A model generated the notes under the pieces. The model did no database searches. It worked only from the letters and a program-made list of their open reading frames with translations, and was not told the origin of the DNA. The position numbers and the translations under genes were made by a program. Shown in pieces: positions 32,975-48,285 of a stretch of 64,000 nt of DNA. This DNA comes from Spirochaetia bacterium. Lineage in GTDB: Bacteria > Spirochaetota > Spirochaetia > SZUA-6 > Bin103. Within the stretch, counting starts at the first letter, position 1, and each line of letters opens with the position of its first letter. The DNA is taken from the NCBI GenBank assembly GCA_965199955.1, contig CBDATQ010000002.1, positions 448,001 through 512,000 on the forward strand. The letters are read 5' to 3'.

Positions 32975-34102
32975 ATGCGGGCGGAGACGGTAGCGGGCGC
33001 TACGGTAGCGCTGGCCGGCGGCGGCACCGCCGGGCACGTCAATCCGGGCCTGGAGGTGGCGCGGATGCTGCGCGCGCACGGCCTGCACGTGTTCTGGCTC
33101 GGCACCCACGGCGCTCTTGAGGCGCGGCTGGTGCGTGCGGCCGGCATCGAGTTCCATGCGCTCCCCGCGGGTAAGTTGCGACGGTATGCCTCGCTGCGCA
33201 ACATCACCGACATCGGGCGCACCGGCGCGGGCGTCCTGGGCGCGGTACGGATCCTGCGCCGCGAGCGGGCCGGCGTGCTGTTCGCCAAGGGCGGCTTCGC
33301 CAGCGTGCCGCCGGCGGCGGCTGCGGCACTGCTCGGAATCCCGGTCGTCACCCACGAGTCGGACAGCACGGCCGGTCTGGCGACGAGGATCATCTCGCTG
33401 GTCGCCAGACGGGTGCTGCTGTCCTGGCCGTCGTCGTCGGCCACGCTGCCGTTGCCCGCGCGCGCCCGGCTCACGGGTTTGCCGGTGCGCACCGAGATGC
33501 GCGCGGGCGACCCGGGGCGCGGGCGGCGGTATCTTGGGGTCGGAGACCGGACCCGGATCATGCTGGTAGTCGGAGGCAGCCTGGGCGCGGCAACGCTGAA
33601 TCACATGGTCGGCGAAGCAAGGGCGGAGCTGACGCGCGACTGGATGGTCGTCCACCAGACCGGCAGGCAGAACGGCGGGCAGGCCGTGGACGACCCGGGC
33701 TACCGCGCGCAGCCCTACTTCGATGAGGAGTTTCCCGACGTGCTGGCGGCCGCGGACGTCGTCGTGAGCCGAGCCGGGGCGACTTCCCTTGCCGAGTTCG
33801 CGGCGACCGGGACGGCCGCCGTGCTGGTGCCGCTGCCGCGGTCCTCGAGCCGGGGCGAACAGATCGTCAACGCCCGCTTGCTGGCGGACGCGGGCGCGGC
33901 CCTGGTCCTGCAGCCCGGTGCGCAGACCGCGTCCGGGCTGGTGCGGTGCGCGCGCCGCCTGGCGGACGATCGGCTCCGCGCCCGCATGTCAGCCGCGATA
34001 CGCTCGCTGGATCGGCCGGGCGCCACCGCCGAGGTCGTCCGGCACACGCTGCGGGCGGCCGGACTGGCGTTGCCCGGCCGGCAGTGCCGGATCACGGAGT
34101 GA
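32975..34102 (+). CDS. murG: MurG glycosyltransferase
   Basis: GGGTAGHV, KGGFASVP, THESD, GGSLGA, SRAGA, EQ..NA. Confidence 0.93.
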   Translation: MRAETVAGATVALAGGGTAGHVNPGLEVARMLRAHGLHVFWLGTHGALEARLVRAAGIEFHALPAGKLRRYASLRNITDIGRTGAGVLGAVRILRRERAGVLFAKGGFASVPPAAAAALLGIPVVTHESDSTAGLATRIISLVARRVLLSWPSSSATLPLPARARLTGLPVRTEMRAGDPGRGRRYLGVGDRTRIMLVVGGSLGAATLNHMVGEARAELTRDWMVVHQTGRQNGGQAVDDPGYRAQPYFDEEFPDVLAAADVVVSRAGATSLAEFAATGTAAVLVPLPRSSSRGEQIVNARLLADAGAALVLQPGAQTASGLVRCARRLADDRLRARMSAAIRSLDRPGATAEVVRHTLRAAGLALPGRQCRITE

Positions 34103-34145
34103 TGGCCGATCACCGAGTGATGGAGGATCACCGAGTGATGAGGGC

Positions 34146-34709
34146 ATGACCGAGTTCCTGCAGGACCTCCGCGATCAGATTCCGGTCTTCATGGACCGGC
34201 TGGCCGTCGTCCTGGCCGGGCTGGGCACCCTGGACGTGGTGCTGATCCTGGTCACCCTGATCCTGGCGATCCGCGCCGCGATCCGCGGCTTCGTGGCGGA
34301 GGCGTTCGGCGTCGCCGCGGTGGTCGCCGGCATCGCCGTGGCCGCCGTGCTGGTGGTGCCGGCCAGCGCCTACGTCGACGTCGCTACCGGCAGTGAATCG
34401 TTCTGGAACAAGGTGGTCGCCTTTCTGGTGCTGTTCCTCATCACCTACTTGGTGCTCAAGCTCCTGGAGCACATTCTCCAGCGCGTATCGCGGACCCTGC
34501 GCCTGCAACAGCTCGACCACCTGTTCGGCCTGGCGCTGGGCGTCGCCGAAGGGGCGGTGATCGGCGCCCTGGCGATCGCCGGGATGCACGCTCAGCCGTG
34601 GGTCCCGGAGGCCGCCGGCTTGCTCGAGGCGAGCGTGGCAGCGCAGTTCGCCGAGCAGACGCTCGGCATCGGCCCGCCCGCGACCGGGAGCGCAGCCGAT
34701 GTTCGCTGA
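34146..34709 (+). CDS. cvpA: CvpA (colicin V production) family membrane protein
   Basis: LDVV..., RGFVAE, LDHLFGLALG. Confidence 0.85.
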   Translation: MTEFLQDLRDQIPVFMDRLAVVLAGLGTLDVVLILVTLILAIRAAIRGFVAEAFGVAAVVAGIAVAAVLVVPASAYVDVATGSESFWNKVVAFLVLFLITYLVLKLLEHILQRVSRTLRLQQLDHLFGLALGVAEGAVIGALAIAGMHAQPWVPEAAGLLEASVAAQFAEQTLGIGPPATGSAADVR

Positions 34710-35865
34710 CCTGATCGGCCACGCAGGCACCGCCGACCGCTTGCGCCGGGCGGTGAGGGAGGGAACGCTGGCGCCGGCGGTGCTGTTCGAAGGCCCGCCG
34801 GCGGCCGGCAAGCTGACCGCGGCGCTGGAGCTGGGGCGCGTGCTGAACTGCCGGTCGGACGGCGAGCCGGGCTGTCGCTGCCCGTCATGCGGGAGCCACC
34901 GGGCGGGTCAGGACCCGCACGTCCTGATGCTGGGAGGGCGCGACTTCGCCGCGGAGATCGCCGCCGCCGCGGCGGCGATCTCCAGGTCCGACACGGCCGC
35001 GACGCGGGCGCTGTTCGTGCGCTCGGTGCGCACCCTGACGCGCCGCTTCGACGAGCTGCTGTGGGCCGGCTCCGAGCCGCGGCTGCGAAGGCTGCGCCCG
35101 CGCGTGGCAGAGCTGGAAGAGCGGCTGGAGGCGCTGCGCACCGACGGCACGGCGGAGGTGGCGGGCGACCTGGCGCGCGGCGCGAACCTGGAGGCGGTGT
35201 CCGTGAACGCCGTGCGTGCGATCGAGATCTGGGCGCGGGTGGCGACGCCCGGCGTCAAGGTGATCATCGTGGAGGTACGGCGCTGGTTGCCGGAGCCGGC
35301 CTCCAACGCGTTGCTGCGCACGGTGGAAGAACCGCCGGCCCGCACGCACTTCATATTCACCGCGCCGTCGCCGCAGGCCTTGATCCCGACCCTGCTGTCG
35401 CGGCTGTCCCGCTACCGGTTCGCGGAGCGCAGCGCGGCCGAGCAGCGCCGCGTGATCGGGAAGGTGTTCGGCGACCCGGAGGCGGACGCCGCGTCGGTGG
35501 CCGACTACCTGGCCGGCCGGCGTGCGGCCGGCACGTCCGCGGCCGGCGCGGCCGACCTGCAGCGCGCGGCGGCGCTGTTCTGCGATACTGCCCTGGCCGG
35601 CGGCGCCTGGGATGACGCCGGCATCGCCGTGCCGGCCGACCGCGACGAGAGCTTCGCGTTCCTGCAGTCCTGTGCCGAGCATCTGCGTTCCCTGCTCAGG
35701 TCGCCCGAACGCGTCGCCGAGGTGCAGCGCATCGAGCGCTGGTACCGGTTCCTCGATGACGCGGCATGGAGGGTGAAGACCATGAACATGAACCCCGAGG
35801 CCACCGTCGCCGACATCGCCCGCGGCATGGCCGCCGGCGGCGAACCGCCGATGAGGCGCACATGA
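34699..35865 (+). CDS. holB: DNA polymerase III delta-prime-like subunit
   Basis: LFEGPPAAGKLT, CRCPSC zinc motif, NALLRTVEEP, PTLLSR. Confidence 0.8.
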   Translation: MFADLIGHAGTADRLRRAVREGTLAPAVLFEGPPAAGKLTAALELGRVLNCRSDGEPGCRCPSCGSHRAGQDPHVLMLGGRDFAAEIAAAAAAISRSDTAATRALFVRSVRTLTRRFDELLWAGSEPRLRRLRPRVAELEERLEALRTDGTAEVAGDLARGANLEAVSVNAVRAIEIWARVATPGVKVIIVEVRRWLPEPASNALLRTVEEPPARTHFIFTAPSPQALIPTLLSRLSRYRFAERSAAEQRRVIGKVFGDPEADAASVADYLAGRRAAGTSAAGAADLQRAAALFCDTALAGGAWDDAGIAVPADRDESFAFLQSCAEHLRSLLRSPERVAEVQRIERWYRFLDDAAWRVKTMNMNPEATVADIARGMAAGGEPPMRRT

Positions 35866-37021
35866 GCCGCTTCTACCAGAAGGCGATCGAACGGCTCGAC
35901 CGCCTGGACCCGATGCAGGCCGGCACGCTGCTGCGCGGCCTGTCGGCCGAAAACGACCTGCTGGCCATGGTGCTGGAGGCGATGACCGACGGCATCATCG
36001 TCCTCGACGAGGCGCACGGCATCCGCCTGATCAACAAGGCGGTGGAGCGCATGCTGCCGTTCGTCGACGATGAGCTGACCGGCCGCGCGGTCTGGCAGGT
36101 CGTCGACGACGAGCAGGTGGCGGAGTTCCTGCGCGACACGCTGATCGGCTCCGACCGGGTCCTGGACGGCGAGTTCACGCTGGAAGGCGCGCACGCGGCG
36201 ACACTGGAGATTACCATCGTTCCCCTGGTGCGCGACCGCCGGATCGACGGCAGCCTCGTGCACGTGGACGACATCACCGAGCGCCGCTCGGAAGAGGCGA
36301 GGCTGCGGCGGGCGGAGAGCCTGGCGTCGATGACGACGCTGGCGGCCGGCGTCGCGCACGAGATCCGCAACCCGCTCACGTCCATGAGCATCCACCTGCA
36401 GCTCATCCAGCGATCGCTGGGCGGCGGCCAGGACGTGCCGGCCGAGATCGACGAGAGCCTGAGCACGATGACCGAGGAGATTCAGCGCCTCAACAAGATC
36501 GTCGTCGACTTCCTGTTCGCCGTGCGGCCGATGAACTCGGAGTTGCGCGAGGGGGACATCAACGACGTCCTGCATCCGCTGCTGGCGTTCCTGCGCCCGG
36601 AGCTGAGCGCGAGCGGCATCGAGGTCGTCGAGAAGCTGGCGTCGCGGTTGCCGCCCGCCCATATCGACGAGCGGCTGCTGCGCGAGGCGCTTCTGAACAT
36701 CGTCAAGAACGCCAAGGCGGCGATGCCGGCCGGCGGGACGCTCACCGTGGGCACGATGCTGGACGGCGAGCGCATCTGCATCACCGTGCAGGACAACGGC
36801 ACCGGCATTCCCGACGACATCGCCGACAAGATCTTCGAACCGTATTTCACGACGCGCGAGTTCGGGTCCGGACTCGGTCTGACGCTCACCTACAAGATCA
36901 TCAAGGAGCACGCCGGCGACATCGAAGTGTCCTCCAGGCCCGGCGCCGGTACGACGTTCCGGGTCTGCATTCCGGTCTCGCCCCGCGCCCGGCGTATGGT
37001 GGAGTATCAGGCGGTCGCGAA

Positions 37022-37025
<4 letters not shown>
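35862..37025 (+). CDS. PAS sensor histidine kinase (Hk2/AtoS-like, cytoplasmic)
   Basis: PAS region, AHEIRNPL H-box, N/G1/F/G2 boxes, no TM segment. Confidence 0.93.
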
Positions 37026-38449
<1,424 letters not shown>

Positions 38450-38467
38450 GACGGCCCCGGCCGGCGG

Positions 38468-38893
38468 TTACGAGGCTTCGGATGCTTCGCGGATGCGGTT
38501 GAAGGATGCGTTGAGCTTCGCGGAGATCTGGGTCGCGACCCGTTGCCGCTCTGGATCGTCGGCGTAGCGGTCGGGGTGGTAGGTGCGCATCAGCCGCCGG
38601 TATGCCTGCTTGACCGTGGCGAAGTCGGTGCCCGGCTCCAGCTCCAGGTTGCGGTAGTCCTGTGCGGCCGCCTGCGGCCGTTGCCGGTACCCGGCCGATC
38701 CCCCCGCGCCGCCTGTGCCGTCGCCGCCAGGGGGGCGCTCCGCGCCGGTGCGCAGATACTCCTCCAGCTCCTCCCACGCCTCAGAGTAGAACCTGTCCGT
38801 CCTCCGCCGGTCCGAGTCCTCGTCGGGCTTCAGGAGCGTCTTGATGACCCGCTCGACGCGAGAGAAGAACGCATCCATCCCCGAGCCGTGCAT
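38468..38893 (-). CDS. J-domain co-chaperone
   Basis: AYRRLMRTYHPD HPD motif in a C-terminal J domain. Confidence 0.85.
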   Translation of the reverse strand: MHGSGMDAFFSRVERVIKTLLKPDEDSDRRRTDRFYSEAWEELEEYLRTGAERPPGGDGTGGAGGSAGYRQRPQAAAQDYRNLELEPGTDFATVKQAYRRLMRTYHPDRYADDPERQRVATQISAKLNASFNRIREASEAS

Positions 38894-38981
38894 GCCTGTG
38901 CCTTCCACCTGCCGGATCGATCCTATCGGGGTGCCGGGCCGGGGACAACGTCCGCGAACGGACAGCGCGGACTCAGGCACG

Positions 38982-39016
38982 AAAAAAGGGCCCGCTCCCC
39001 GAAAGAAGCGGGCCTT
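38982..39016 (-). terminator. Rho-independent terminator of groES
   Basis: Minus strand aaggcccgcttc-tttc-ggggagcgggccc-TTTTTT. Confidence 0.85.
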
Positions 39017-39024
39017 GGCGCGTG

Positions 39025-39087
39025 CAGGGCCGCGCGGTCAACAGGGCCGCGCGGTCAACAGGGCCGCGCAGTCAACAGGGCCGCGCG
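39025..39087. repeat. 17-bp tandem repeat (CAGGGCCGCGCGGTCAA, about 3.7 copies)
   Basis: Read directly between the groES stop and its terminator. Confidence 0.9.
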
Positions 39088-39089
39088 GG

Positions 39090-39353
39090 CTAGCTGACGA
39101 CCGCGAGCACGTCGGCGGCCTTGATGATGAGCTGTTCCTCACCCTCCACCTTGATCGTGGTCCCGGCGTACTTGTCGTAGATGATCTTGTCGTCCGTCTT
39201 GACCTTGATCTCTTCGTCGTCGCCGATTGCCAGCACGACCCCTTCCTGAGTCTTTTCCTGGGCGGTCTCCGGAATGTAGATACCGCCCGAGGTCTGCGTC
39301 TCCGCGTCGACAGTCTTGACCAGGATTCTGTCACCGATGGGCTGAATCTTCAT
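39090..39353 (-). CDS. groES: Co-chaperonin GroES
   Basis: MKIQPIGDRILV, TSGGIYIPETAQEK, KYAGT. Confidence 0.97.
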   Translation of the reverse strand: MKIQPIGDRILVKTVDAETQTSGGIYIPETAQEKTQEGVVLAIGDDEEIKVKTDDKIIYDKYAGTTIKVEGEEQLIIKAADVLAVVS

Positions 39354-39421
39354 GAATTCCTCGCTGTATTGATGAGTGGTGTAGCGCCGGCCGGGGCCGC
39401 AGCGCGTTGTGATTGCTGCCG

Positions 39422-39450
39422 AATATACGGACGCCCCTCGGGAGCGTCAA
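39422..39450 (-). promoter_or_regulatory. Sigma70-type promoter of groES
   Basis: TTGACG-17 nt-TATATT on the minus strand. Confidence 0.75.
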
Positions 39451-39629
39451 GACCGATCGAGGGATTGCGCCTGCCCCGCCGATGCAGGGTAAATCTGACA
39501 CGACCTGATGCCGATTCCTTGGACAAGCGGGTCATTATGACCCATGGGGCTGTCGTGGCCGATCGACCGTCTTGACTGCAAAGATCATGCCTGCAAACAA
39601 ATAACCATTTCAAGACGAGCCAGCGGGAT

Positions 39630-39645
39630 TGGCACGCATATTGCT
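39630..39645 (+). promoter_or_regulatory. Sigma54 (-24/-12) promoter
   Basis: TGGCAC-GCATA-TTGCT, matching consensus TGGCAC-N5-TTGC, 25 nt upstream of the sigma factor ATG. Confidence 0.85.
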
Positions 39646-39669
39646 TCAATGGTGACGAGGTAAGAGAAG

Positions 39670-40518
39670 ATGGCAAGAGAGACATCCAGCGATGACAGCG
39701 TTCTCGCGCGGTACCTGCGCGAGATCAATCGCATTCCGCTGCTCACCAGAGAAGAGGAAGAGCACCTGGCCCGCAAGGTTGCGGCGGGCGACAATGACGC
39801 CAAGGAAGCGCTGGCGCGCGCCAACCTCCGGTTCGTGGTGAACGTCGCCAAGCGGTACCAGAATCAGGGCCTGCCGCTGCTGGACCTGATCAGCGAAGGG
39901 AACATCGGACTCCTGCACGCGATCGACCGATTCGACGTGGACAAGGGCTATCATTTCATCTCCTACGCCGTATGGTGGATCAAGCAGGCGATCCTGAAGG
40001 CGGTGTGCGAGCAGTCCCGCCTGATCCGGCTCCCGCTGAACCGCGCCAACGAGCTGGTGCAGATCGACCGCGCGCGCAAGGAAGTGCAGAGCGAGACCGG
40101 CAAGGAAGGGACGGCCGAGCAGATCGGCAAGCGTCTGCAACTCAAGCCGGAGCTGGTCGAGGAGCTGACCTCGATCTCCCGCGAGCTGGTTTCGCTCGAC
40201 GCGCCGATGTACGCCGACTCCGAATCCGCCAACCGGTCGGAGTTCGTCGAGGATCCGAGGGGCGAAGCCCCGGACGACAGCACCCTGATGCGGTCCCTGC
40301 GCGAGGACATCGCCACCGTGCTGCGCTCGCTCACCAACCGTGAGGCCGACATCATCAAGCACCGCTTCGGGCTGGAGGGGCGCCGGCCGCTCTCCCTGAA
40401 GGAGATCGGGCTGCGCTACCACCTGACCAAGGAGCGCATCCGCCAGATCGAGAAGAAGGCGCTGCGCCAGCTTCGCCATCCTTCCCGCGCGCAATACCTG
40501 GAAGCCTACGTGGCCTGA
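39670..40518 (+). CDS. Alternative sigma70-family factor lacking region 1.1 (RpoS/RpoD-like)
   Basis: YLREI..IPLL, ANLRFVV.VAKRY, DLISEGNIGL, FISYAVWWI, SLDAP, KERIRQIE. Confidence 0.92.
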   Translation: MARETSSDDSVLARYLREINRIPLLTREEEEHLARKVAAGDNDAKEALARANLRFVVNVAKRYQNQGLPLLDLISEGNIGLLHAIDRFDVDKGYHFISYAVWWIKQAILKAVCEQSRLIRLPLNRANELVQIDRARKEVQSETGKEGTAEQIGKRLQLKPELVEELTSISRELVSLDAPMYADSESANRSEFVEDPRGEAPDDSTLMRSLREDIATVLRSLTNREADIIKHRFGLEGRRPLSLKEIGLRYHLTKERIRQIEKKALRQLRHPSRAQYLEAYVA

Positions 40519-40757
40519 GCGACAAGAAGTTGCACGTGGCGGCTCCAGTTCTGTCCCAGTGGCGGAATGCCCTCCCCGCGAGCCGCGCCGCTCGCGGCCC
40601 AGCCGCTCCTTTGGCTTGAAGCGCATCGGTCCCGATGCGATCCAAGCCGGATACGGGTAGGCCCGGCGCCTGCGGTGTCGTCGTGGACCGCCTTGACAGC
40701 GTGAGTCCTGGGCTTTCTCCTACGGGCAACCCGGTCGCAGGACGGGAGGGGGCACAC

Positions 40758-43439
<2,682 letters not shown>

Positions 43440-43452
43440 AGGTCGAAACCTT

Positions 43453-44352
43453 CTACCTGAAGGTCGAACCCTTCAGCTCGCGCTGCGTCTCGTAGATGGA
43501 GCCCGAGCGGATCGGCGGCGGCTGCGGCAGGCGCACCGGGGTCGAGGTCATGCGCACCTCATTGGAGGCCTCGCCGCGCACGAAGGTGGCGCGGTACTGG
43601 TCCCAGCTCATCTGCCCGCCCGCGATCCAGATCGGGTAGGCGTCGCCCGCGCAGTACATCAGCAGCAGCAGGCGGCGTGACGCCTGCGAGGCGTTGGGCA
43701 GCGACCCGTGCAGCGTGCGGACGTGGTGGATGGAAACGCCGCCGGCGGGCACCTCGATCGCCTCCGCGTCCTCGGCATCGAAGCCGTGCTCGGTGACCGC
43801 GCCGACGAAGGCTCCGTCCTGGTTGTGGTCCAGGATCGGGCCGCGATGCGATCCCGGGATCGCCAGCAGGCAGCCGTTCTCGCGCGTCATGTCGTCGATG
43901 GCCAGGCCCACCGCCAGCACGTCGTCGTTGGTGTGCGGGTAGAAGGCCCAGTCCTGGTGCCAATGCACGGGGCTGCCGAACTCGCCCGACTTCATGTTGA
44001 GCTTGCTGCCGTGCGTGCGCACCGCCCAGGTGCCCAGGAGCTGGCTGGACATCTCGACGATGCCCTCGTCACGCAGCGCGCGATCGTACTCCTCGTGCAC
44101 GAGGTGCGGCTCCTTGATGCGCCGCAGCTTGGGCTCCTCCGGCGTGTGGTCCGGCTCCAGGTCGAACACGTCGGTGTGCTCCGTGGTCTCACGCGACCGC
44201 TCGACGAAGTCGTCGGTGACCCGCTGCAGCTCGGCCACCTGCTCGTCCGGCAGGACCCTTTCGACCGCGATGTAGCCGCGCTCGTGGTACTCGTCGATCT
44301 GAGCCTGCGTCAGGTTCCGCGTCAGTTCCCGTGTCAGCCCCTGTGTCTGCAT
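43453..44352 (-). CDS. PhyH-family dioxygenase
   Basis: WHQDWAFYPH, ENGCL..IPGSH, LHGS. Confidence 0.88.
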   Translation of the reverse strand: MQTQGLTRELTRNLTQAQIDEYHERGYIAVERVLPDEQVAELQRVTDDFVERSRETTEHTDVFDLEPDHTPEEPKLRRIKEPHLVHEEYDRALRDEGIVEMSSQLLGTWAVRTHGSKLNMKSGEFGSPVHWHQDWAFYPHTNDDVLAVGLAIDDMTRENGCLLAIPGSHRGPILDHNQDGAFVGAVTEHGFDAEDAEAIEVPAGGVSIHHVRTLHGSLPNASQASRRLLLLMYCAGDAYPIWIAGGQMSWDQYRATFVRGEASNEVRMTSTPVRLPQPPPIRSGSIYETQRELKGSTFR

Positions 44353-44580
44353 GGTCAACTCCTCACCGCCCGACCGATAATACCCCTCCGGCGCAGGGCC
44401 GGCGAGTCGTGCCGCCGAGCGTTTGCATGCGTTGGCACCGGCCACGTACATTGCGCTGACCGTGGCCTCATCGCTGCTGCTGCCTGCACCAGCCAGGCGG
44501 ACTTCCGGGAGCGCCTGAGCCGCTGACGGGGCGACAGGCCAGCGCCGGTCCGCGCGTGGCGCCGGCACGGGGGAGATGAC

Positions 44581-46455
44581 GTGGCGAGCGAGTGGCGACC
44601 CGGTGGGACGGAGGAGCAGGTGCCTTCGCGCCGGGAACGGCGTCGGGTGGACGCGCGTCCGTACGACACGCGCTCGGCGGCGCGCTGGATCGTGTCCCAC
44701 CTGCGCCGCTACCCGCTGCTCACCACGGGGGCCGCGGTGCTGCACTCGGGCGCCTGGTGGGCGTACGGACTGGCGCCGATCATGGTCGGCCGCGTCGCCG
44801 CGCAGATCCTCGAGCCGGTAGCGCCTGCCGCGCCGGCGGCCGGGATCCTCGTCGCCTGCCTGTGGCTGCTGGTGATCCTGGCAGGCGACGCCTGCCTGTC
44901 GATGGCGGCCAACGCCTGCACCCTGACGCTCGCCCACCGCATCGAGCGGGATGCGCGCGACGAGCTCTATCGCAACCTGCTCGGCAAGAGCCAGACCTAC
45001 CACGACCGGCAGCGGATCGGCGACCTGGTGGCCCGCGCCACCGACGACTCGCGGATGCTGTCGATGATGATCCATCCGGGGATCCTGTTCATCAGCGACA
45101 TGGTGATGGGCTTCATCACGCCGATCGTCTACATCCTGTTGCTGGACGCCGAGCTGATGCTCGTGCCGGTGCTGTATGCGATCTCCTTCGCGATCACCCT
45201 GCGCGCGTTCGTCCGCCGGCTCGGTCCGGTGCTGTTCGAGCAGCGCCACGCGCAGGGCGAGATGACCGCGGCGCTGGAGGAGGCGATCTCCGGCATCGAG
45301 GTGGTCAAGGTCTCGGTGCGCGAGGCGTTCGAGCGCGGCCGCTTCGGCCGCACGGTGAGCGCCTTCAAGGAGCTGTTCGTGCGCTCCAACCGCATCGAGG
45401 GGTTCTACGTGCCGATGCTGATCTACGGCGCGCTGGCCGGGCTGGCGCTGCTGCACGGCGTGCTGGCCCTCCAGCGCGGCGTGATCGGGCTGGACGGCCT
45501 GATCGCTTTCGTCGGGCTCATGCACGCGCTGCGCATCCCGACCTTCATCTCCGCGTTCTCGTTCTCGATGCTGCAGGGCGGCATTGCCGGCGCCAAGCGC
45601 ATCCTGGGGGTGCTCAGGCAGACCTCGGGCATCGACCAGAACGCCGCCGGCGTCAGCGCGCCGATCGAGGGGGCGATCTCCTTCCATGCGGTGAACTTCG
45701 GCTATGAAGGGAGCGGCCCCGTCCTGACCGGAGTGGACCTCGACCTCGCAGCCGGGGAGACCGTGGCGATCGTCGGGCAGACCGGCTCCGGCAAGAGTTC
45801 GCTGACGCGATTGGTCAACCGCACCTACGACCCCACGCACGGCAGCGTGCGCGTCGACGGCATCGACCTGCGCACCTGGAACCTCGAAAGCCTGCGGTCG
45901 CAGATCGCCAGCGTGGAGCAGGACGTGTTCCTGTTCTCGCGCTCGATCGCGGACAATATCGCCTTCGCCCATCCCGGCGCATCGCGGGCGGACATCGAGG
46001 CGGCCGCTCAGGCGGCGGCGGCCGACGAGTTCATCACCTCGTTCGTCGACGGCTATGACACCGTAATCGGCGAGCGCGGCGTCACCTTGTCCGGCGGCCA
46101 GCGGCAGCGCCTGGCGCTGGCGCGCGCGTTCCTGAAGGACCCGCGCATCCTGATCCTGGACGACTCCACCAGCGCCATCGACAGCGCCACCGAGGACGAG
46201 ATCCAGCGCGCGCTCACGCGCATCCAGCGCGGGCGCACCACGCTGATCGTCACCCACCGGCTGTCGCAGATCCGCTGGGCCGACCGCATCCTGGTGCTGG
46301 ACGGCGGGCGGCTGGTCGCCAACGGCACGCACGCCGAGCTGCTGGCCGGCTCCCCGCACTACCGGCGCATCTTCAGCCGCTACGACCTCGACCTGCCACC
46401 GCTGACCGGACGGGCGGCACCCGTTTCGCCGAACGGCGTCCCGGAGCCCGGCTGA
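44581..46455 (+). CDS. ABC exporter, permease plus ATPase
   Basis: TM domain, GQTGSGKS, LSGGQRQR, LDDSTSA. Confidence 0.93.
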   Translation: MASEWRPGGTEEQVPSRRERRRVDARPYDTRSAARWIVSHLRRYPLLTTGAAVLHSGAWWAYGLAPIMVGRVAAQILEPVAPAAPAAGILVACLWLLVILAGDACLSMAANACTLTLAHRIERDARDELYRNLLGKSQTYHDRQRIGDLVARATDDSRMLSMMIHPGILFISDMVMGFITPIVYILLLDAELMLVPVLYAISFAITLRAFVRRLGPVLFEQRHAQGEMTAALEEAISGIEVVKVSVREAFERGRFGRTVSAFKELFVRSNRIEGFYVPMLIYGALAGLALLHGVLALQRGVIGLDGLIAFVGLMHALRIPTFISAFSFSMLQGGIAGAKRILGVLRQTSGIDQNAAGVSAPIEGAISFHAVNFGYEGSGPVLTGVDLDLAAGETVAIVGQTGSGKSSLTRLVNRTYDPTHGSVRVDGIDLRTWNLESLRSQIASVEQDVFLFSRSIADNIAFAHPGASRADIEAAAQAAAADEFITSFVDGYDTVIGERGVTLSGGQRQRLALARAFLKDPRILILDDSTSAIDSATEDEIQRALTRIQRGRTTLIVTHRLSQIRWADRILVLDGGRLVANGTHAELLAGSPHYRRIFSRYDLDLPPLTGRAAPVSPNGVPEPG

Positions 46456-48285
46456 TGGGCTTCCTCATGGACGGCATCGAGGCCGAGGCGTACGACCGCT
46501 CGTACAGCGACCGGGAGCTGGTGCGCCGCATCCTGACCCGGTTCCGGCCGGAGCGCAGGCGGATCCTGCTGGTGTGCGGCTCGATCCTGGCCGGTGCGGT
46601 GAGCGGCACGCTCCTGCCGATCATGGTCTCCCGCGCCATCGACGGGGTGAGCGCGGAGCTGGCAGGCGGCGAACCGGTCGCGCTGCGCTGGGTGCTCGGC
46701 ACCGCGGGGGCGATCATCGGCCTGAACACGCTGAGCTGGCTGTTCAACGCCCATCGCCGCGCGTCCGGTTCGCGCGCCATCGGGGGCGTGGTCGAGCGGC
46801 TGCGCAACGACGCGTTCGCGGCGCTGATGGGCCACGACCTGTCCTTCTACGACGCCAACCCGACCGGCAAGGTGGTCAGCCGCGTGGCCTCCGACTCGCA
46901 GGCATTCTCGGAGGTGGTGTCGCTGACCATGGAGCTGGTCAGCCAGACGGTGCTGGTGGCGCTGGTGCTCGCCTACCTGTTCACGGTCGACGTGTTGCTG
47001 ACCGGCGTGACCCTGCTGCTGGTGCCGCTGATCGTCGGCGTCGCGCTCGGCTTCCGGCACGTCGCGCGGCCGCACGGTCACGCAGTCGCGGCGCGCCCTC
47101 GGCGACCTCACCGCCCACGTGCACGAAACCATGAGCGGCATCGCCGTCGCCAAGTCGTTCCGCAAGGAGCAGTTGATCTACGACCGCTTCACCGGCGTGA
47201 ACGACGCCTCCTACCGACTGAACTGGCGGGCCGGCCTGGTCTTCTCCGGTATCTTCCCGCTGTTGTTCGCGATCGCCGGCATGGCCACCAGCGTGCTGGC
47301 CTACCTGGGCGGCGTGCGGGTATCGGCGTCCGGGCTGTCGATCGGGCAGTGGTACCTGTTCCTGCAGGGGGTGGGACTGCTGTGGTTCCCGCTCACCTCC
47401 ATCGCCTCCTTCTGGAGCCAGCTTCAGCTCGGCCTGGCCGCCGGCGAGCGGGTGTTCGCGCTGCTCGACGCCGAGCCCACGGTCCGCCAGACCGGCTCGG
47501 AGCCGGTGGCCACGCTCTCGGGCCGGATCGAGCTCCGCGAGGTCGACTTCGCCTACCAGGAGGGGGAGCCGGTGTTCGAGCGCTTCTCGCTTACCATCGA
47601 CGCGGGCGAGACGGTGGCGCTGGTCGGCCACACCGGCTCCGGCAAGTCCAGCATAACCAGGCTGATCGCCCGCTTCTACGAGTTCCAGGCCGGCTCGATC
47701 CGCGTCGACGGCCGGGACATCCGCGCCCTCGACCTGGCGAGCCTCCGGTCGCACCTGGGTTTCGTCACGCAGGTGCCGTTCCTGTTCAACGGCACGGTGG
47801 CCGACAACATCCGCTACGGGCGGCCGGACGCGGGCGAGGATGAGGTGGAGCGCGCCGCACGGCGGATCGGCGGCGGCGACTGGTTGAAGACCCTGCACGA
47901 CGGGCTGGCGACGGCGGTCAGCGAGCGCGGCCGCAGCCTGTCCATGGGGCAGCGCCAGCTCGTGGTGCTGGCGCGGGTGCTGCTCAAGGACCCGTCGGTT
48001 ATCGTCCTGGACGAGGCCACCGCCAGCGTCGATCCGCTCACGGAGGCGCTGATCCAGGAGGGCTTGGACGAGGTACTGCGCGACCGCACCGCGGTGGTGG
48101 TCGCGCACCGCCTGTGGACGGTCCGGCACGCCGACCGCATCGTCGTGCTGCGCGCCGGGCGCATCATCGAGGAGGGCGACCACGAATCGCTGTCCGCGGC
48201 CGGCGGTCACTACGCGGAGTTGTACGACACCTACTTCCGGCATCAGAGTCTGGACTACATCGAGCGCCGGCCGCCTGAGCGATGA
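46455..48285 (+). pseudogene. ABC exporter partner subunit with a +1 frameshift near 47069
   Basis: TM domain in the 46455 frame continues as RTVTQSRRALGDLTAHVHET in the 47119 frame; GHTGSGKS, LSMGQRQ, LDEATASVD; may be a sequencing error. Confidence 0.85.

Noticed and set aside
34090..34140. Possible CRISPR or iteron array
   Set aside because: 18-bp period with 3-nt gaps at a gene junction; no cas or rep gene.
39025..39087. Possible mini-CRISPR
   Set aside because: Units are head-to-tail with no unique spacers, and there are no cas genes; it is a simple tandem repeat.
39354..39460. CIRCE element upstream of groES
   Set aside because: No TTAGCACTC-N9-GAGTGCTAA inverted repeat seen.
47060..47080. 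Programmed frameshift in the ABC exporter
   Set aside because: No slippery sequence; a single extra base like others in the window suggests error or recent mutation.
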